Both the position numbers and the translations under genes were made by a program. The notes under the pieces were generated by a model, which was given only the letters and a program-made list of their open reading frames with translations, was not told where the DNA came from and did not search any database. 64,000 bases of DNA from Azolla caroliniana (Eukaryota > Plantae > Polypodiophyta), in the NCBI GenBank assembly GCA_043228905.1, contig JBHGNT010000014.1:7440001-7504000 (forward strand). The letters are read 5' to 3'. Numbering within the stretch: the stretch's first letter is position 1; each line of letters begins with the position of its first letter. Below, piece after piece: positions 62,378-64,000 of this stretch.

Positions 62378-63211
62378 CTACTGGTCCCAACTATCCGGTT
62401 CCGCGATCTGTATCTCGGCCTCGTCCTTGGCCGTTCTATCTCCACAAGTCGAGAGGGCGTTTTGTTTCGCGCCCTCTCCCGTGGTACCGTGGTACCGATC
62501 TTCCGCCGTCGCGTGGGGCAAGTCCGTCTCCTCAGTCTCGGCTTGCGGCCTTGATCTTTCCTCTTCCTCGAGCATCGCCTCGAGAGCTGCGTACGCCTCC
62601 GCAATCCTGGCCCCAACGCCGACCCTTGCCGGCTCTCTTTGCCGTTCGGCCTCTTCCCGCTGTGATGGCATGCCGTCGCGCGCCTTCCTCTTAGCCTTCT
62701 CGGCTCGCTCATTGTCTAGCCGTTGGCACACCCCTCCGACCTTCGACCAGTCCTCCGTAAGCTCATTCGCTCCGTCATCATCTTCGAGCGCAATCCCGAT
62801 GGCCTCCCGTTCCGCTCGGTCGATCGACCTGACGAACAATAGGACCTTGTCCGTCCCCACCAAACCTTGTTCCCGCTCCGGGAGCCGAGCAAGCCGTCGC
62901 TCGAACTCTCGGAACGCCTTGGTCGAGCCCCGGTGGGTCTTTGCCGATGCTACCCACTGGTCGAAGTCATGTCGTCCCCGGCTCTTCCGCCGTCCTCCGT
63001 ATGCCTTTAGGAGCGCCTCTTCGAAGGCCTCCCACGAACTATGAGCCTCACGGAGCTCCTTTACTTCCGCATGCATCCGGACAACTACAACCCGACAGAA
63101 GAACTCCAGCCTCAATGCCTCGTCTACGCCACGCTCCTCCATATCCGCGTTGTAGGCTACCAAGTAAGATGGGACTTTGTCCCCGTTGAAACGGCCGACT
63201 CTTTCGACCAC
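62378..63211 (-). CDS. gag: Gag-like protein of element H
   Basis: GRFNGDKVPSYLVAY...DFDQWV...FREFERRLARL...KVLLFVRSID...LTEDWSKV aligns with the gag of C and G. Confidence 0.75.
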   Translation of the reverse strand: MVERVGRFNGDKVPSYLVAYNADMEERGVDEALRLEFFCRVVVVRMHAEVKELREAHSSWEAFEEALLKAYGGRRKSRGRHDFDQWVASAKTHRGSTKAFREFERRLARLPEREQGLVGTDKVLLFVRSIDRAEREAIGIALEDDDGANELTEDWSKVGGVCQRLDNERAEKAKRKARDGMPSQREEAERQREPARVGVGARIAEAYAALEAMLEEEERSRPQAETEETDLPHATAEDRYHGTTGEGAKQNALSTCGDRTAKDEAEIQIAEPDSWDQ

Positions 63212-63329
63212 TCGCTCAACCGCTTGTTGTTGCTTCTCGCCTCATCACCACTCGTGCCGACTCCAACACCACTTCGGCCACCATCACCGCGAGGTCTTCT
63301 TCTTCCGACTCCATCCTCCCTTGCCGCCT

Positions 63330-63347
63330 TTCACATCGGGTTCACCA
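63330..63347 (-). promoter_or_regulatory. PBS, tRNA-Trp (1 mismatch)
   Basis: TGGTGAACCCGATGTGAA. Confidence 0.85.
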
Positions 63348-63351
63348 AAGA

Positions 63352-64000
63352 TGTCGCGTTGTTACGCGCGTGCGTGGTGAAAGGCGGGACCACGGGGGTC
63401 TTGGACTAGAGAGTGACAGAGCGTAGGAAGTCGTACTTCACCGTTTCCGGGGCATCCCAGAAGCACACCGGAAGCAAACGAAGAGAGAGAGAGAAAGAGA
63501 GGGAGTGCGCGCTTAACACCGAGTCACGCACACACACGCACGCACACACACACACGCACACACACACAGGCTGACCCGACTCACGCCCTTATGTACAGGA
63601 AACGTAGGAAAGGGGAAGCACTCGACACCAACAGAGACGCGAATATACATAGACAGACGCAAATGTATATATATAAGAGGAAGAATACATTCCCGGCTTC
63701 GAGCCGGACCAAGGTAGGTTACAGTAGTCGTCAACTGCCAAGCCGCCGGTCGGGGGGGAGCTCACGGGCTTGTCGTGCTGAGCGGGGTCTTGCGCAGGAG
63801 AGGAGCTGAAGCAAACCCTAAGCGAACACGAAGGGGGAGAAGAAGAAGAAGAAGAAACGTAGCTAACCCTAAATCTAACGGTATACCCTCTAACGCAAAA
63901 TGGTCAACCCCTTTCACAAAGGGCGCTCCCTTCGTTTTATAGAACAAGCAGAGGGATGCGTTACAATGTGGGATAAATCCCTACTTACATGGGATCGTCT
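63352..64000 (-). repeat. 5' LTR of element H (partial)
   Basis: Direct repeat of 58316-58965 with scattered substitutions. Confidence 0.92.

Larger units (their letters stand above)
58316..64000 (-). mobile_element. Non-autonomous gag-only LTR element H (tRNA-Trp clade); 5' LTR runs off the window
   Basis: LTRs 58316-59110 and 63352-64000+; PBS 63330-63347; gag-like ORF; no RT, RH or INT motif recognised in the 4.2-kb interior. Confidence 0.88.

Noticed and set aside
58949-62712. Numerous overlapping ORFs on both strands
   Set aside because: These are expected in GC-rich low-complexity sequence and show no recognisable domains.

Overview
This window is a eukaryotic (land plant, probably bryophyte-like) heterochromatic nest of retrotransposons, and I found no host gene in it. 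It holds about 20 nested or truncated elements: several degenerate Ty1/copia copies (tRNA-iMet PBS), one nearly intact young copia (28270-33443), non-chromovirus-type and Ty3/Tcn1-like gypsy remnants, and LINE fragments. The most notable signal is a tRNA-Trp-primed Ty3/gypsy clade of five elements plus one split LTR. It includes two pol-less non-autonomous members. Three insertions have an identical 4-bp ACGT target-site duplication and two more junctions read ACGN. The clade also shows a -1 frameshift heptamer plus pseudoknot between protease and RT, a covarying hairpin just before the PPT, and an antisense tRNA-like A/B-box module in some LTRs. All coordinates and alignments were read by eye, and clade names are tentative.
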